Source of the DNA: Nitrospirota bacterium
GTDB taxonomy: Bacteria; Nitrospirota; Thermodesulfovibrionia; Thermodesulfovibrionales; JdFR-86
DNA: 64,000 nt
Assembly: GCA_963721805.1 (NCBI GenBank)
Contig: CAVRJY010000001.1
Location: 1,120,001-1,184,000, forward strand
Reading direction: 5' to 3'
The notes beneath the pieces are model-generated. The model was not told where the DNA came from. It saw only the letters and a list, made by a program, of their open reading frames with translations, and did no database searches. Positions 18,790 to 29,700 of the stretch are shown here, piece after piece (within the stretch, counting starts at the first letter, position 1; each line of letters starts with the position of its first letter). The translations under genes were made by a program, and so were the position numbers.

Positions 18790-19969
18790 CCCGCCTCCTT
18801 CCGAGCGCCTCGGCGAAAGCTACCAGCTTTCCCTCCAGCATCTCCGAGTCGCGGCCGAGCATCTTCATAAGCATCTGGAGCTCGGCGGCGCGCTGCAGCG
18901 CAGCCTTGTTTTGAGGGGCGATGATCAGTACTTCGTTGAGGATCGACATTGCACGGCGGAAGTCCTCGGTGGCCACGGCGAAGTCCGCCTCCCCGATCAT
19001 CGCGTCCAGGTCGGGGGTGGGTTTGAAGGCCGGAAACGGCTCGGCTAAGGGTTGCGCTGCGGGCGGCTGCGCTGCAAAAGAGGGCGCTGTCCCGGCGGCA
19101 TCGGACGATACCTCCTCGGCCACCCCGACGATCTCCGCATCAGAGGTATCGGATGATATTTCCTCAGCGACCTCTGCGACCTCGGCCTCGCCCGCATCGG
19201 ACGATACCTCCTCGGCGATCTCGACTATCCCGGCCCCGGAGGGCTCTGACGATACCTCCTCCGTGACCTCTACGGCCTCGGCCACGGCGCCGGATAAATC
19301 GGACGCTTCGGCCTCATCCCCGATCTCGATGGCCTCTTCGGCCTCATCCGCGGCCGGAGTATCGTCCATGAGCTCTTTATCCGAGAGCGAGGCGCTGAAC
19401 TTTCGCATCTCCTCCTCGAGGTCGGCGGGCGGTTCCTCGGCTGCCTTGGGCGCATGTGGCAGCTCCTCTTCAATGGCAGCCGCTTCTTCCACCTTCGCCA
19501 CGGTGGCGGCCAGGGGCACCTCGCCGTGCTCCAGGTGTGAGGAGCCGGCGGCAGGCAGTTCGGCGGGCCGGGACATGGTGGCCTCGAGGGCACGGATCTC
19601 GGCCTGAGCCGAATCGTCCATCGGGTTCATGCCGAGCAGGACCTTGTATCGCTCTATCGCGCGCGGCGCATCGCCGAGCGCCTTATATATCTCGGCAAGT
19701 TTTTTCTGCGCGAAGAAGTTGTCGGGGTTGCTCGAGACGACCTCCTCGAACGCCTTGCGCGCGTCCGCGGTCTGGCCCTTGTCGAGGTATATCTTCCCTA
19801 GCGAGACCTTGGCGCTGGTATAGGTGGGCTGCCTCTCGATCCCGGCCACCAGCACGTCTATGGCCTCGTCGTGCCTGCCTGCCTTGCGGTATTCCTCGGC
19901 CAGCGGGACGAAGAGAGTGGAGTTGGGGTCCTTGTCGACCTTTTCTTTTAGCTTGTCTATCGGGTCCAT
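18767..19969 (-). CDS. TPR protein with an acidic repeat linker
   Basis: DPNSTLFVPLAEEYRKAG TPR N-terminus; four 16-aa V/I-x-x-AEEVSSD repeats. Confidence 0.8.
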   Translation of the reverse strand: MDPIDKLKEKVDKDPNSTLFVPLAEEYRKAGRHDEAIDVLVAGIERQPTYTSAKVSLGKIYLDKGQTADARKAFEEVVSSNPDNFFAQKKLAEIYKALGDAPRAIERYKVLLGMNPMDDSAQAEIRALEATMSRPAELPAAGSSHLEHGEVPLAATVAKVEEAAAIEEELPHAPKAAEEPPADLEEEMRKFSASLSDKELMDDTPAADEAEEAIEIGDEAEASDLSGAVAEAVEVTEEVSSEPSGAGIVEIAEEVSSDAGEAEVAEVAEEISSDTSDAEIVGVAEEVSSDAAGTAPSFAAQPPAAQPLAEPFPAFKPTPDLDAMIGEADFAVATEDFRRAMSILNEVLIIAPQNKAALQRAAELQMLMKMLGRDSEMLEGKLVAFAEALGRRRDEFRGNA

Positions 19970-20003
19970 GACACTACTATTTCGACAAAATCGGCAATAA
20001 ATG

Positions 20004-21173
20004 TCAAGTTATATTCTCGGCGAGCCTGTCGAGTATGAGATCGGCGGCATCGTCCTTGCTCATCAGCGGGCACTCGGATTCGGCGTGGCGCTCTATGATC
20101 ACTATCCGGTTGGTGTCAACGTCGAAGCCCGCCTCGGGATCCGAGATGTCGTTATAGACGAGGATGTCAGCGCCTTTCTTGAGGTACTTTTCCCTCGCGC
20201 GCTCTATCGACGTGTCGGCCGCGAAGCCTACGATCACCGGCCGCTTTTTCATCCGTCCCACCTCGGCCAGTATGTCTGGGTTGAGCGTGAGCCTGATCTC
20301 TTTGATCTCCGACTTGCCGACTTTGGCGGCGGTATGCCCCCCGCCTTCGGCCCTGAAGTCGGCGACCGCGGCCGCCATCACAAGCGCGTCGGCGCCGGCA
20401 AGTTCGGCCTTCACCGCATCGCGCATCTGAAGGGCGCTGACAATGTCTATCGTGCGCACGCCGTCGGGGGCGCTCAGGGCGGAGGGGCCGCTTATGAGCA
20501 CGACGTCAGCGCCGCGCCTGCGCGCCGCGCGCGCCACGGCATAGCCCATCTTGCCCGACGAGCGGTTCGATATGAAGCGCACCGAATCCATGAACTCGCG
20601 CGTCGGCCCTGCGGTTACGACTATCTTTTTGCACGTGAGGTCCCGCTTCGAGACCGCGGCGCGGGCCTCGGCTATGATGCTCTCGATCCGGGCCATGCGG
20701 CCCCTGCCTTCCTCGCCGCAGGCGAGCGAGCCGCACTCGGGCGCCACCTCGCGCACGCCGCGCCCCTTTAGAAGGGTGAGGTTCTGCTGCAATACAGGAT
20801 TGTCGTACATCCTCCAGTTCATCGCGGGAGCCACGACTACGGGGCCGCTGTATGCAAGCAGGAACGTGCTCAGGAGGTCGTCCGCGATGCCGTGGCTGAA
20901 CTTGCCGATTATGTCGGCGGTCGCAGGGGCTATGATCGCGAGTTCGGCCTCGGCAGCGAGCGCGATGTGCGCCAGCGGGTCGTCGAACAGCCCCTCGTGG
21001 ACCTTCTCGCCCGAGGCGAGCGAGACCGACAGAGGGGTTATGAAATGCCTGGAGGCATCGGTCATCACTACGGTGACGGATGCCTCCAGATCTTTTAGCC
21101 TTCTGATCAGGTCGACGGCCTTGTAGGCCGCGACGCTGCCGGTGATACCGATTACTATGCGCTTATTCTTCAG
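20004..21173 (-). CDS. coaBC: Bifunctional phosphopantothenoylcysteine decarboxylase/ligase; probable CTG start
   Basis: IVIGITGSVAAYK, APATAD, APAMN, TAGPTRE and NRSSGKMG; open frame extends 35 codons beyond the ORF-track start. Confidence 0.92.
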   Translation of the reverse strand: MKNKRIVIGITGSVAAYKAVDLIRRLKDLEASVTVVMTDASRHFITPLSVSLASGEKVHEGLFDDPLAHIALAAEAELAIIAPATADIIGKFSHGIADDLLSTFLLAYSGPVVVAPAMNWRMYDNPVLQQNLTLLKGRGVREVAPECGSLACGEEGRGRMARIESIIAEARAAVSKRDLTCKKIVVTAGPTREFMDSVRFISNRSSGKMGYAVARAARRRGADVVLISGPSALSAPDGVRTIDIVSALQMRDAVKAELAGADALVMAAAVADFRAEGGGHTAAKVGKSEIKEIRLTLNPDILAEVGRMKKRPVIVGFAADTSIERAREKYLKKGADILVYNDISDPEAGFDVDTNRIVIIERHAESECPLMSKDDAADLILDRLAENIT

Positions 21174-21576
21174 GCTTCTCTTCCTCTTCGGTGGTCTCCT
21201 CGGTGTCCGCGAACAGGTCGTCGAACGCCTGGCGCTCCGCGTCCTCGCGCTCGGTGAGGTATACGCGCAGGTCCTTCTCGAGGTCCGAGAGGTCCTCCGG
21301 CATAGCCTCGCGGCGCTTGTCCTCGAGGAACCTCTTGTAGTCGAACTTCTTGGCCTCTTCGTTGGCGACGCGTGCGTCCTCGCCGGTCAGGAACTCGACC
21401 TTGTTCTCGAGCGCCTCTTCGATGGCGATGGTCGGGAACTTGCGGTACTTGGTCGTGATCTTCGGCTTTGCGCCCACGGCCAGCTCCCTCGCACGCTGCG
21501 CGGCGATCAGCACGAGCCTGAAGCGGCTGTCTATCTTGTCCTTCTCACGCTCTATTGGGAGCGAAACGATGTCCAT
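21163..21576 (-). CDS. rpoZ: RNA polymerase omega subunit with acidic C-terminal extension
   Basis: IDSRFRLVLIAAQRAREL and IAIEE; lies between gmk and coaBC. Confidence 0.9.
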   Translation of the reverse strand: MDIVSLPIEREKDKIDSRFRLVLIAAQRARELAVGAKPKITTKYRKFPTIAIEEALENKVEFLTGEDARVANEEAKKFDYKRFLEDKRREAMPEDLSDLEKDLRVYLTEREDAERQAFDDLFADTEETTEEEEKPEE

Positions 21577-21578
21577 CT

Positions 21579-22199
21579 CTAGCCGTCCTCCTTAAGAAAA
21601 TGTCTCTCTATCCAGCCGGGATCGATGTTAACGGTCCTGAGGGCCGAGGCGGTCACTACCGCGTCGAGTTCCGCAAGCGCCTGCTCGATCTTATCGTTAA
21701 TAATAACATAATCATATATCAAATACTCGCTTATCTCGGCCGAGGCCCGGCCGAGCCTTACGCGGAGGTCTTCCTCGGTGTTGTTCCCGCGGCCGCGTAG
21801 CCGCTCGGCTAGCGCCTCGAGCGAGGGCGGGAGGATGAAGACGAGCACCGCGTCCGGGAACTGCTCCCTGATCTGACGCGTCCCGTTTACGTCTATGTCG
21901 AGCACGACGTTCACCCCGCTTTGGAGCATATCTTTGAGCCTGGCCTTGGAAGTGCCATAGAGAGAGGTGTGCACCGGGGCCCATTCCGCGAACTCGCCGC
22001 GGTGGATCATAGCGCGGAACTGGGGCTCGTCTATGAACGTGTAGTCGAGGTCGTTGACCTCGCCCGGGCGGGGCAGACGCGTGGTATACGAGACCGAAAA
22101 TTTCAGGTCTCCGCGATTGGACATGAGCTGCTTGAGCAGGGTGGTCTTGCCGGTCCCGGACGGGGCCGAGATCACGAAGAGCGTTCCAAGGCGTTTCAT
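21579..22199 (-). CDS. gmk: Guanylate kinase
   Basis: [27 protein letters not shown] and FILPPS. Confidence 0.95.
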   Translation of the reverse strand: MKRLGTLFVISAPSGTGKTTLLKQLMSNRGDLKFSVSYTTRLPRPGEVNDLDYTFIDEPQFRAMIHRGEFAEWAPVHTSLYGTSKARLKDMLQSGVNVVLDIDVNGTRQIREQFPDAVLVFILPPSLEALAERLRGRGNNTEEDLRVRLGRASAEISEYLIYDYVIINDKIEQALAELDAVVTASALRTVNIDPGWIERHFLKEDG

Positions 22200-22480
22200 C
22201 GGGGCTCCTCTGTCTGGGGTGTCAGGGGCTCAGGGGCCGCGGAAAGCCTCTGGCTGATCGTCTCGGTCTGAAGCGCGCTTAGGATCACATGCCCGCTCTC
22301 GGCCACTATGATCGAGCGCGTCTTCCTGCCCTCGGTCGCGTCGACCAGCAGGCCGGCCTCGCGCGCGACGTCGCGCAGCTTCTTCATCGGGGCCGAGCCG
22401 GGGCCGACCACTGCCACGACCTTCGCGGCCGCCACCATGTTGCCGAACCCTACGTTCAGAAGCCCTATCTGGGTGCCCAT
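22196..22480 (-). CDS. remA: RemA/DUF370-family protein
   Basis: [22 protein letters not shown] and HVILSA; lies between yicC and gmk. Confidence 0.85.
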   Translation of the reverse strand: MGTQIGLLNVGFGNMVAAAKVVAVVGPGSAPMKKLRDVAREAGLLVDATEGRKTRSIIVAESGHVILSALQTETISQRLSAAPEPLTPQTEEPR

Positions 22481-22487
22481 GCCGCCC

Positions 22488-23339
22488 TCACTGGACGTTC
22501 TGGACCTGCTCGCGCGCCCGCTCGATCTCGGTCTTCATCTCGATGACGCAATCTATCAGGCCGGGGTCGTCCGTCTTGGAGCCTATGGTGTTTGCCTCGC
22601 GGTTTAGCTCCTGAAGCAGGAAGTCGAGCTTGCGCCCTACGGTGCCGCCTGCGCGGAGCATCTCGGACATGTGCTCAGCGTGGTGGCGGATGCGCGTGAT
22701 CTCCTCGGTAATGTCCGCGCGCTCGGCATACTGGGTGGCCTCCATCATGAGCCTCTGCTCGTCTACCGGGCTTTGAGACAAAAGCTCGGCGATGCGCTGC
22801 ATATAGGCGTTTCTGCGGGCCGCTATCGCTGCCGGAGCGCCGGCCGTGACCTTCTCGTTGAGCCCTGCGATCTTCTCGGTCATCGCCAGCATCTCATCCA
22901 GCAGCCCCGCGCCCTCCCTTGCCCTCATCCCGCAGAGGATCTCAAGCGCCTCCTCGAAGGCCTCATGCAGATGTGAAAAAGAGCCTAGTTCCTGGCTGGT
23001 TACGATATTATCCTTAAAGTAAAGCATATGGGATAATCCGACCTTCTCGGAGGATAGCTCAAGGGCCTCCGAGAGCCCATTGAGCATGGTATGGATGGCC
23101 TTGGCCGCAGGCATGTCCAGGCGGAGCCCAAGCGCGGACGAGCCGGTGTATGAGACCGTGATATCGACCTTGCCCCTGGCTATGCGCTCCTTGGCTCGGG
23201 CGCGCAGGGGCAGTTCATGGGCATTGAGTGCGGACGGCATGCGGACGTTCACGTCCAGATAGCGGTGGTTGAGAGAGCGGATCTCGACCTTAAACCCCTC
23301 GCGTTCGGCCGAGCCGAAGCCTGTCATGCTCTGTATCAT
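22488..23339 (-). CDS. yicC: YicC/YloC-family endoribonuclease
   Basis: [37 protein letters not shown] and REQVQNV. Confidence 0.92.
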   Translation of the reverse strand: MIQSMTGFGSAEREGFKVEIRSLNHRYLDVNVRMPSALNAHELPLRARAKERIARGKVDITVSYTGSSALGLRLDMPAAKAIHTMLNGLSEALELSSEKVGLSHMLYFKDNIVTSQELGSFSHLHEAFEEALEILCGMRAREGAGLLDEMLAMTEKIAGLNEKVTAGAPAAIAARRNAYMQRIAELLSQSPVDEQRLMMEATQYAERADITEEITRIRHHAEHMSEMLRAGGTVGRKLDFLLQELNREANTIGSKTDDPGLIDCVIEMKTEIERAREQVQNVQ

Positions 23340-23396
23340 GTGGTGTAAGGATATAAAGACCGCACCGGCCGAGTCAAGCGATAAAAAACCTTTCGC

Positions 23397-23945
23397 CTAT
23401 GGCCTGAGGTGCCATGAGGGTTCGAAGTCCCTGTGGCGTGAGTCCCGATCCGAGATTACGGCCGGCACCCCCGGCCACTTGATCGCGAACTCAGGGTCAT
23501 CCCACCTCACGCCGCGCTCAAGCTCGGGAGAATAGAATTCGGTCACGAGGTACAGGACCTCGGAATCGTCCGCCAGGGTCATGAACCCGTGGGCGAAACC
23601 CTTTGGGACGTACATCATCCTGCGGTTTTCGGCCGTGAGTTCCTCTGCGTACCATTGCCCGAACGTAGGTGAGCCCTCACGGAGATCCAGGATGCAGTCC
23701 CAGAGAGCGCCCCTTATGCAGCGGACGACCTTGGTCTCGGCCTTTGGGGCGAGCTGGTAGTGCATCCCGCGAAGGGTGCCTTTCTGCGCGCTCAGGGAGT
23801 TGTTGATCTGCACCACGTTTCTGTCGAGCCCCATCTTGTCGTACTCGTTGACGCAGAAAAACCTGGCGAAAAAGCCGCGCTCGTCCCCGCGCTTTTCGAG
23901 CTCGATCGTGTATGCGCCCTTAAGCGGAGTCTCGTTGAAGATCAT
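23397..23945 (-). CDS. rfbC: NDP-4-keto-6-deoxyhexose 3,5-epimerase
   Basis: DERGFF, GTLRGMHYQ, VPKGFAHGF and WDDP. Confidence 0.9.
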   Translation of the reverse strand: MIFNETPLKGAYTIELEKRGDERGFFARFFCVNEYDKMGLDRNVVQINNSLSAQKGTLRGMHYQLAPKAETKVVRCIRGALWDCILDLREGSPTFGQWYAEELTAENRRMMYVPKGFAHGFMTLADDSEVLYLVTEFYSPELERGVRWDDPEFAIKWPGVPAVISDRDSRHRDFEPSWHLRP

Positions 23946-24170
23946 CGTTTCAGCCTCCCTCGCGGATCTGATGGATTATACATTCTTATCGCAGCGTTCG
24001 CAACGGTACTTAAACCCGTCCGCGGCCACCGCTCTTCAGGCCGAGAAGGGCAAAAAACTTGACATTATGCGGGGTTCGGTTTTACGATAAGGCACGGTAC
24101 GCTTTATCATGCATGGGTTGGGCATGCCGTGCTCCTTTGCCGGAGCAATAACGCTTACACCGGGGTGGTC

Positions 24171-24782
24171 ATGGCCGAGATGAAAGGGATTAAGAAAGTG
24201 GGCCGCAAGACACCGCGGGCAGCGGCTGCCGCACCAAAGAAGGGTGCCGGAGGCGCCCGGGCCAAGGCACAGGCCGGCGGGGATGGGGGCGCGCGTCTGG
24301 CGGCCGAAATTGAGCGGGCAAAGCAGCTCGTGGCCGAAGGCCGCCCGGATGAGGCCCTCGTGGCGTTTATATCGATTAAGCGGGAAAACCCATCCCTCAT
24401 CGAGCTGAGCCCGGTCTTGTGCGACCTTTGCCTCGGCACAGGGAGACATGACCTTCTCGCGCCATCATGGATTACCGAGGCTGTGCGCTGCAACAAGGAT
24501 TTTGCCGGGAGCTTTATTGAGCTTGCGGCCGATGCATACCAGAAGAATATGGTCTCCGGAGCAACGGAAATACTGGCCGCCTTACTTGAAGCCGATCCGG
24601 ACAACTATAAGGCATGGAATAACTACGCCATATGTTTGACAGCTTCCGGCACCCAGATGCTTAGAAATGCGGAGGCGGCCTTCAGGCAATCCTTCCAGAT
24701 CAACTCAAAGATCGTCGAAACCGTTACGAACCTCGACCGGTTGACCCAGATCGTCGGATTTCTGAACAAAACTCTGGCTTGA
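24171..24782 (+). CDS. TPR-containing hypothetical protein
   Basis: K/A-rich N-terminus; DPDNYKAWNNYAI TPR. Confidence 0.6.
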   Translation: MAEMKGIKKVGRKTPRAAAAAPKKGAGGARAKAQAGGDGGARLAAEIERAKQLVAEGRPDEALVAFISIKRENPSLIELSPVLCDLCLGTGRHDLLAPSWITEAVRCNKDFAGSFIELAADAYQKNMVSGATEILAALLEADPDNYKAWNNYAICLTASGTQMLRNAEAAFRQSFQINSKIVETVTNLDRLTQIVGFLNKTLA

Positions 24783-24849
24783 TCCAACCCGTTTCCAAAT
24801 TCTGGCGGCTTGCTCCCATTCCAATCCGGAGTGAAAGAATGGCAACCGC

Positions 24850-24866
24850 TTGGCACGTTTAATGCA
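24850..24866 (+). promoter_or_regulatory. Candidate sigma54 (-24/-12) promoter of the glycan operon
   Basis: TTGGCACGTTTAATGCA: GG-N10-GC with the TGGCAC consensus. Confidence 0.55.
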
Positions 24867-24961
24867 TCTATAAATATGCGCCGTAGTTTTTTGCCATTAA
24901 TTTGACATGGCGCAGTAATGATATTGTATGGCGGCAATTATCATCAAGGCTGGAGGGACGG

Positions 24962-26779
24962 ATGATAGAGTGGACAGGTGAGAGATACGTTCCGTGGGTG
25001 GAGGACAAGAAGCTTACCTATGAGCATCTTCAGCGGTATTATTACGCAAAGAACTTCGTCAAGGGCAGGCGGGTATTGGATCTCGCCTCGGGCGAAGGCT
25101 ATGGGGCTAACATCCTCTCGGAGGACGCCGAGTCGGTCGCAGGCGTCGATATCAGCCCGGAGGCGGTCCGCCACGCGTCGTCCAAATACATAAGGGACAA
25201 CCTCAGATACTTCGTCGGCGACATCACGGCTATCCCGATCGAGGGCATGGGGGTGTTTGACGTGATCACCTGTTTCGAGGCCCTTGAACATATCGAAGAC
25301 CACGATGCCCTTCTGCGCGAGGTCAAGAGGCTGCTGAAACCCGAAGGCATATTCCTGATCTCGACGCCCAACAAGCTGATTTATTCCGATATCCCGAAGT
25401 ATACGAACAAGTTCCATCTAAAGGAGCTTTATTTTGACGAGTTCAGGGATCTGCTGGGCGGGCACTTCGCTGGCTGTTACTTTTATGGCCAGAAGGTATC
25501 GCCCCTTACTAGTCTTTTTGCGCTGTTTGACGGCGGCAGCCCCGGGCGCAAGAGTTTCGTCTCTATCGGGGACAAAGGGTTTCACGAGGTGACGTCCGCC
25601 GAGCGTCAGGCGCTTTATTTCGTTGCCGTCGCCTCTGATGGCGGGCTGGGGGCCGAGTCCCTGCCGTCCGAATATGAGATCGTCGATGTCTCGGACTCAT
25701 ATTTTAAGTGGATGGAATCCAGGGTCGCGGCGGCGGCGTCAGCAGCAGCCCAGAAAAGCAAGAGGGTCGAGGACCTGGACAGGGCGTTCAAGGCCGCGAC
25801 CGGAGAGCTGGAAGCCATGAAGGGCAAACTGGCCGATACCGCCCAGCTTAAGGCCTCGATAGGAGAAAAAGACGCATATATAAAATTCATCAGCGATACG
25901 CATGCCGAAAAAAACCGCATTATCACTTCACTGAAGGACGAGGTCGCGGCGCTCAACATCAGGGCCGGAAAGGACGAAGTCCTGAAACTCGAGCTGGCCT
26001 CGAAGGAAGAGACCATCAGGGCGCTGAACCTAAAGGTTTCCGAGATGGAATCTGAGATCGGCCGCATGCGTGCGGATCTCGGTGAAGTCGAGGCGAGGTA
26101 TAAGGGCCAGATGCAGGATGTCAGGGCCGAACTGATGAGGCTGTTCCCGGACAAACACGCCGGCGCGGCCAACAAGGAAGGCGACCTAAAGATCGCCAAC
26201 ATGCTCATGCTCGTCACCGAGAGCCTGCTGAGGGAGGACATGTCCTCCGAGGCTGCGAACGCCCTCGGAGAGGTCTGCTACAACTTCGGGAGCATGAGGG
26301 CCGCGCAGACGTTTTTCACCAAGGCCCTGGCGGCGAAACCCTCCAGCACCGATGCGCTGAACAACCTCGGCATGATCGGCCTGCACCTTGGCGACAAGCG
26401 TCTCGCCGCGGACCTCTTCAAGACGGTTCTCGACCGTGATGCGGACGACGAGGTGGCCGCGAAAAACCTGCGGTCCGTGACTGGCGGGATGATAAGAGAG
26501 GGCGAGATGCTGTTCGCCGAAGGGAAGCAGGACGAGGCGATGAAGAAGTTCGTCGACGTCGCTGACCTCGATCCCCGCAACTGGGAGAACTGGAACAACC
26601 TGGGCGTGGCCCTGATGGCAGCGGGCCTGAACGTCGATGCTGAAAAATGCTTCCTCACCGCGCTTGAGCTTAACGAAGGCTGCAAGGATGCCGAGGCAAA
26701 CCTCCGGGCCCTCAGGCAGAGGCAGCGTGAGCTGCCCGGCAGGCTCGCAAGCCCTGCCGCTGCAGCGGGGGTGAAATAG
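24962..26779 (+). CDS. Methyltransferase - coiled coil - TPR protein
   Basis: WTGERYVP, EHLQRY, VLDLASGEGYG, FEALEH and ISTPN; long heptad-rich region; C-terminal NNLG TPRs; GGAGG SD. Confidence 0.85.
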   Translation: MIEWTGERYVPWVEDKKLTYEHLQRYYYAKNFVKGRRVLDLASGEGYGANILSEDAESVAGVDISPEAVRHASSKYIRDNLRYFVGDITAIPIEGMGVFDVITCFEALEHIEDHDALLREVKRLLKPEGIFLISTPNKLIYSDIPKYTNKFHLKELYFDEFRDLLGGHFAGCYFYGQKVSPLTSLFALFDGGSPGRKSFVSIGDKGFHEVTSAERQALYFVAVASDGGLGAESLPSEYEIVDVSDSYFKWMESRVAAAASAAAQKSKRVEDLDRAFKAATGELEAMKGKLADTAQLKASIGEKDAYIKFISDTHAEKNRIITSLKDEVAALNIRAGKDEVLKLELASKEETIRALNLKVSEMESEIGRMRADLGEVEARYKGQMQDVRAELMRLFPDKHAGAANKEGDLKIANMLMLVTESLLREDMSSEAANALGEVCYNFGSMRAAQTFFTKALAAKPSSTDALNNLGMIGLHLGDKRLAADLFKTVLDRDADDEVAAKNLRSVTGGMIREGEMLFAEGKQDEAMKKFVDVADLDPRNWENWNNLGVALMAAGLNVDAEKCFLTALELNEGCKDAEANLRALRQRQRELPGRLASPAAAAGVK

Positions 26780-29700
26780 ATGGTCCGGACGAGGCAGGAG
26801 TATGCGCAGGAGTTCGACCTGGAGGGGATAAGAGTATCCGTGATCGGCTCCGGCAGGGTCCCGGATCCCCAGAGCGAGGTCAGGATCCTTGACGTTTATT
26901 CCAGGCTTCCGCTGGCATTTAAGTACATGAGCGCTGCCGAGGCCGAGCGAGCGTGGTTCGATGAGTCCGACATTGTTGTATTCAGCCAGTGCCGGAGCGC
27001 CGAGAGCGCAGCGCTTTTGGGCGAGGCCGTCCGTGCAGGAAAGGCTACGATATATGACGTCGACTCATACCTTTTCGAGCTGCCGGGCGCCGAGGCCACG
27101 CTCTCGGAGAAGGTCAACGTGCTGGCGTTCCTGCGGGGATGCAGCTGGATCACCTGCTCGAACATAGGCCAGAAGGCCAGGCTCATGAGATACTGCTCGC
27201 GCGTGGAGCTGATCGGCAACCGCGTGAGGCCGGTCGAAAATCTCTCGCTTATCGAGACCGGCAAGGTCCATATTCTGCTGGCCTGCCGCGGCCGGTTCAG
27301 ACTCCGCGAGTCCGCCATGCAGTTCATCGAGGCCCTGGACTCGATCATGGCCAAATACCCGGAGGTCATACTCACGCTCTGGGGCGAGAAATTCCCCCTC
27401 GAGATAGAGGAGATGGTAGAGGCCTACGGCGCGCAGGGGAGGGTCCAGCGAAGGAAGGATCCGGCCGCGTCGCACGAAGACTACATTGACGAGCTTACGG
27501 GGATGGGCGTTTCGTTCGCACTGGTGCCGCTGGAGGATACCTCCGAGTTCGCGCAGGAGCCCGACATGGGCTACCTGGAGCTGGCTTCGCTCGGAATCCC
27601 GGCCATCTTCAGCTCAACCGAGACGTTCCGCAGGTGCATCGCGCACAAGTCAAACGGACTCCTTGTGGACAACGAGCGGGCGCAGTGGTACGGCGCCATG
27701 GAGCTTATGATAAAGGACGCGGCGCTCCGGGCCGTTCTCGGCACGGGCGCATTTTCAGACGTAGAGAAAAACCGGAACCTCCGCGAGAGCATATACGACT
27801 GGGCCATGCTGCTGCGCGTGTGCATCGACGCCAGGACAGCCGCGAAATACTCGGCCGGTTCCTCGCACATGCAGGCCTCAGCCCTGAGCGCGAGGCTGTC
27901 CGCGGCACTTTCGTCGGCCGGGGCCGAAGCGTCCCTCGCCGATATGGACATAGCCCGTTCGCTGGAGGCCGCCGCACCGGCCCTCAACCATGCCCTCAAG
28001 GAACTTGCGGGCATGGATCTGCCTTCGGAGACCGCGAGCCTTCTGGGGCAGCTCTGCATGATGCTCGGCTCGACCGAGAACGCCGAGATCCTTTCCAGCA
28101 AGGCCCTCGGGCTATTCGCCGGCAACGGTTCGGCCCTCAACACCCTGGGCATGATCAAGCTCAGGGGTGGTGACATTGAGGGGGCCATCGGGCTGCTTGA
28201 AAGGGCGGTCAAGACCGATCCATGGAACGACCTGTTCCGGACGAACATCGAAAATGCCCTGGCGGAGCTTGTGAAAAAAGGCGAGGCGGCATTTGTCTCG
28301 GGGGACGCCGATGAGGCCGTCGCGATGTTTCAAAGCGTGCTGCGGCATGCCCCTGATAATGTCACGGCCCTGAACAACCTCGGGGTGATCGGCATCAAGC
28401 GCGGTGAGCTGGACGAGGCCGAGGAGTATCTCGCCGCCGCCCTGAAAATCGACCCCGGATATCAGGACGCGGCCAACAACCTTGCGAATCTCAGGATGAT
28501 GCTCCCGGACGCCAGGCGATGGAGGAAGCTCCACCTGCCGGGCAGGGAGGCCCTGGCCGCGATGGCCGGGGATTCGGCCGGGTTCGAGTTCAGGCCGCTT
28601 GTTTCGATAATCATGCCGGCGTATAACACCAAAGAACAATTCCTGCGCGAGGCGGTGGCCTCGGTGCTGGGGCAGGTTTATGACAACTGGGAGCTGTGCT
28701 TCGTCGACAACGGCTCGACCTCGACCGGCGTCTGGCGGACGATCTCGGAGTATGCGGCCGGCGAGCCCAGGATAAGGGCGGTGAGAATCGAGCAGAACCT
28801 CCATATCGCCGGGGGCTCCAACAAGGCCCTTGCGATGGCCGCGGGAAGCTACGTAACCTTCCTCGACTCGGACGACCGCCTGCACCCCCATGCCATCTTT
28901 GAGTTCGTAAAACTGCTGCAGGGCCGCCGGGAACTTGACTTTGCCTATTCCGACAACTGCACGATAGACGAGGCCGGCGATCCGGCCGGGATGATGCTCA
29001 AGCCGGGCTGGAGCCCGGAGTTCTACCTGACCACGAACTATGCCGTGCATATGTGCTTTTACTCTGCGCGGATCATAAAGAAGATCGGCCGGTTCAACGA
29101 GGCCGAGGGCTACCGCGGGGTCCAGGACATTGACCTCAAGGCAAGGCTCATAGGGCGCACGACCCAGATGGCGCACATACCCAAGGTGCTGTACGACTGG
29201 CGGATATCGAGCAAGTCCGTGGCGTCGAGTTCTGGTGCGAAGCCTTACGTCATGACAAACGCTATGCGGGTATTCCAAGACGTGCTCGACCGCCTGAGGA
29301 GCAGGGCGGTTGTGAAGATCCCCGACCTGGCGAAAGAGCTTTCGCTCGGATTTTATAAGCTCGACTTCAGCAGGGTTAAGACGAAGGGCGTAGACATCGT
29401 CATCCGCACCAGCGGGCTCGACGTCGACCTCAAGGCCCTGCGCGCCCTCGTGCGCGAGACCGAGTGGGGGGACTTCAGGGTGCACCTGATGGTGATGGGC
29501 TCGGACGGGGGGCTCAAGCTCGAGCCTGAAGCGGACATGAGCGCGGTGGTCCAGGTTCACGACGCGCCCGACGAGGCCGCGATGAACGCCGCGATCGGGA
29601 AGATGCGTTCGGAGTATATAGTCTTCGTGGGCAGCGGAGCGAGGCCGGGCGGCCCGGACTGGCTCAGGGAGCTGGTCGGGTATATGGATCTCGACCCCGC

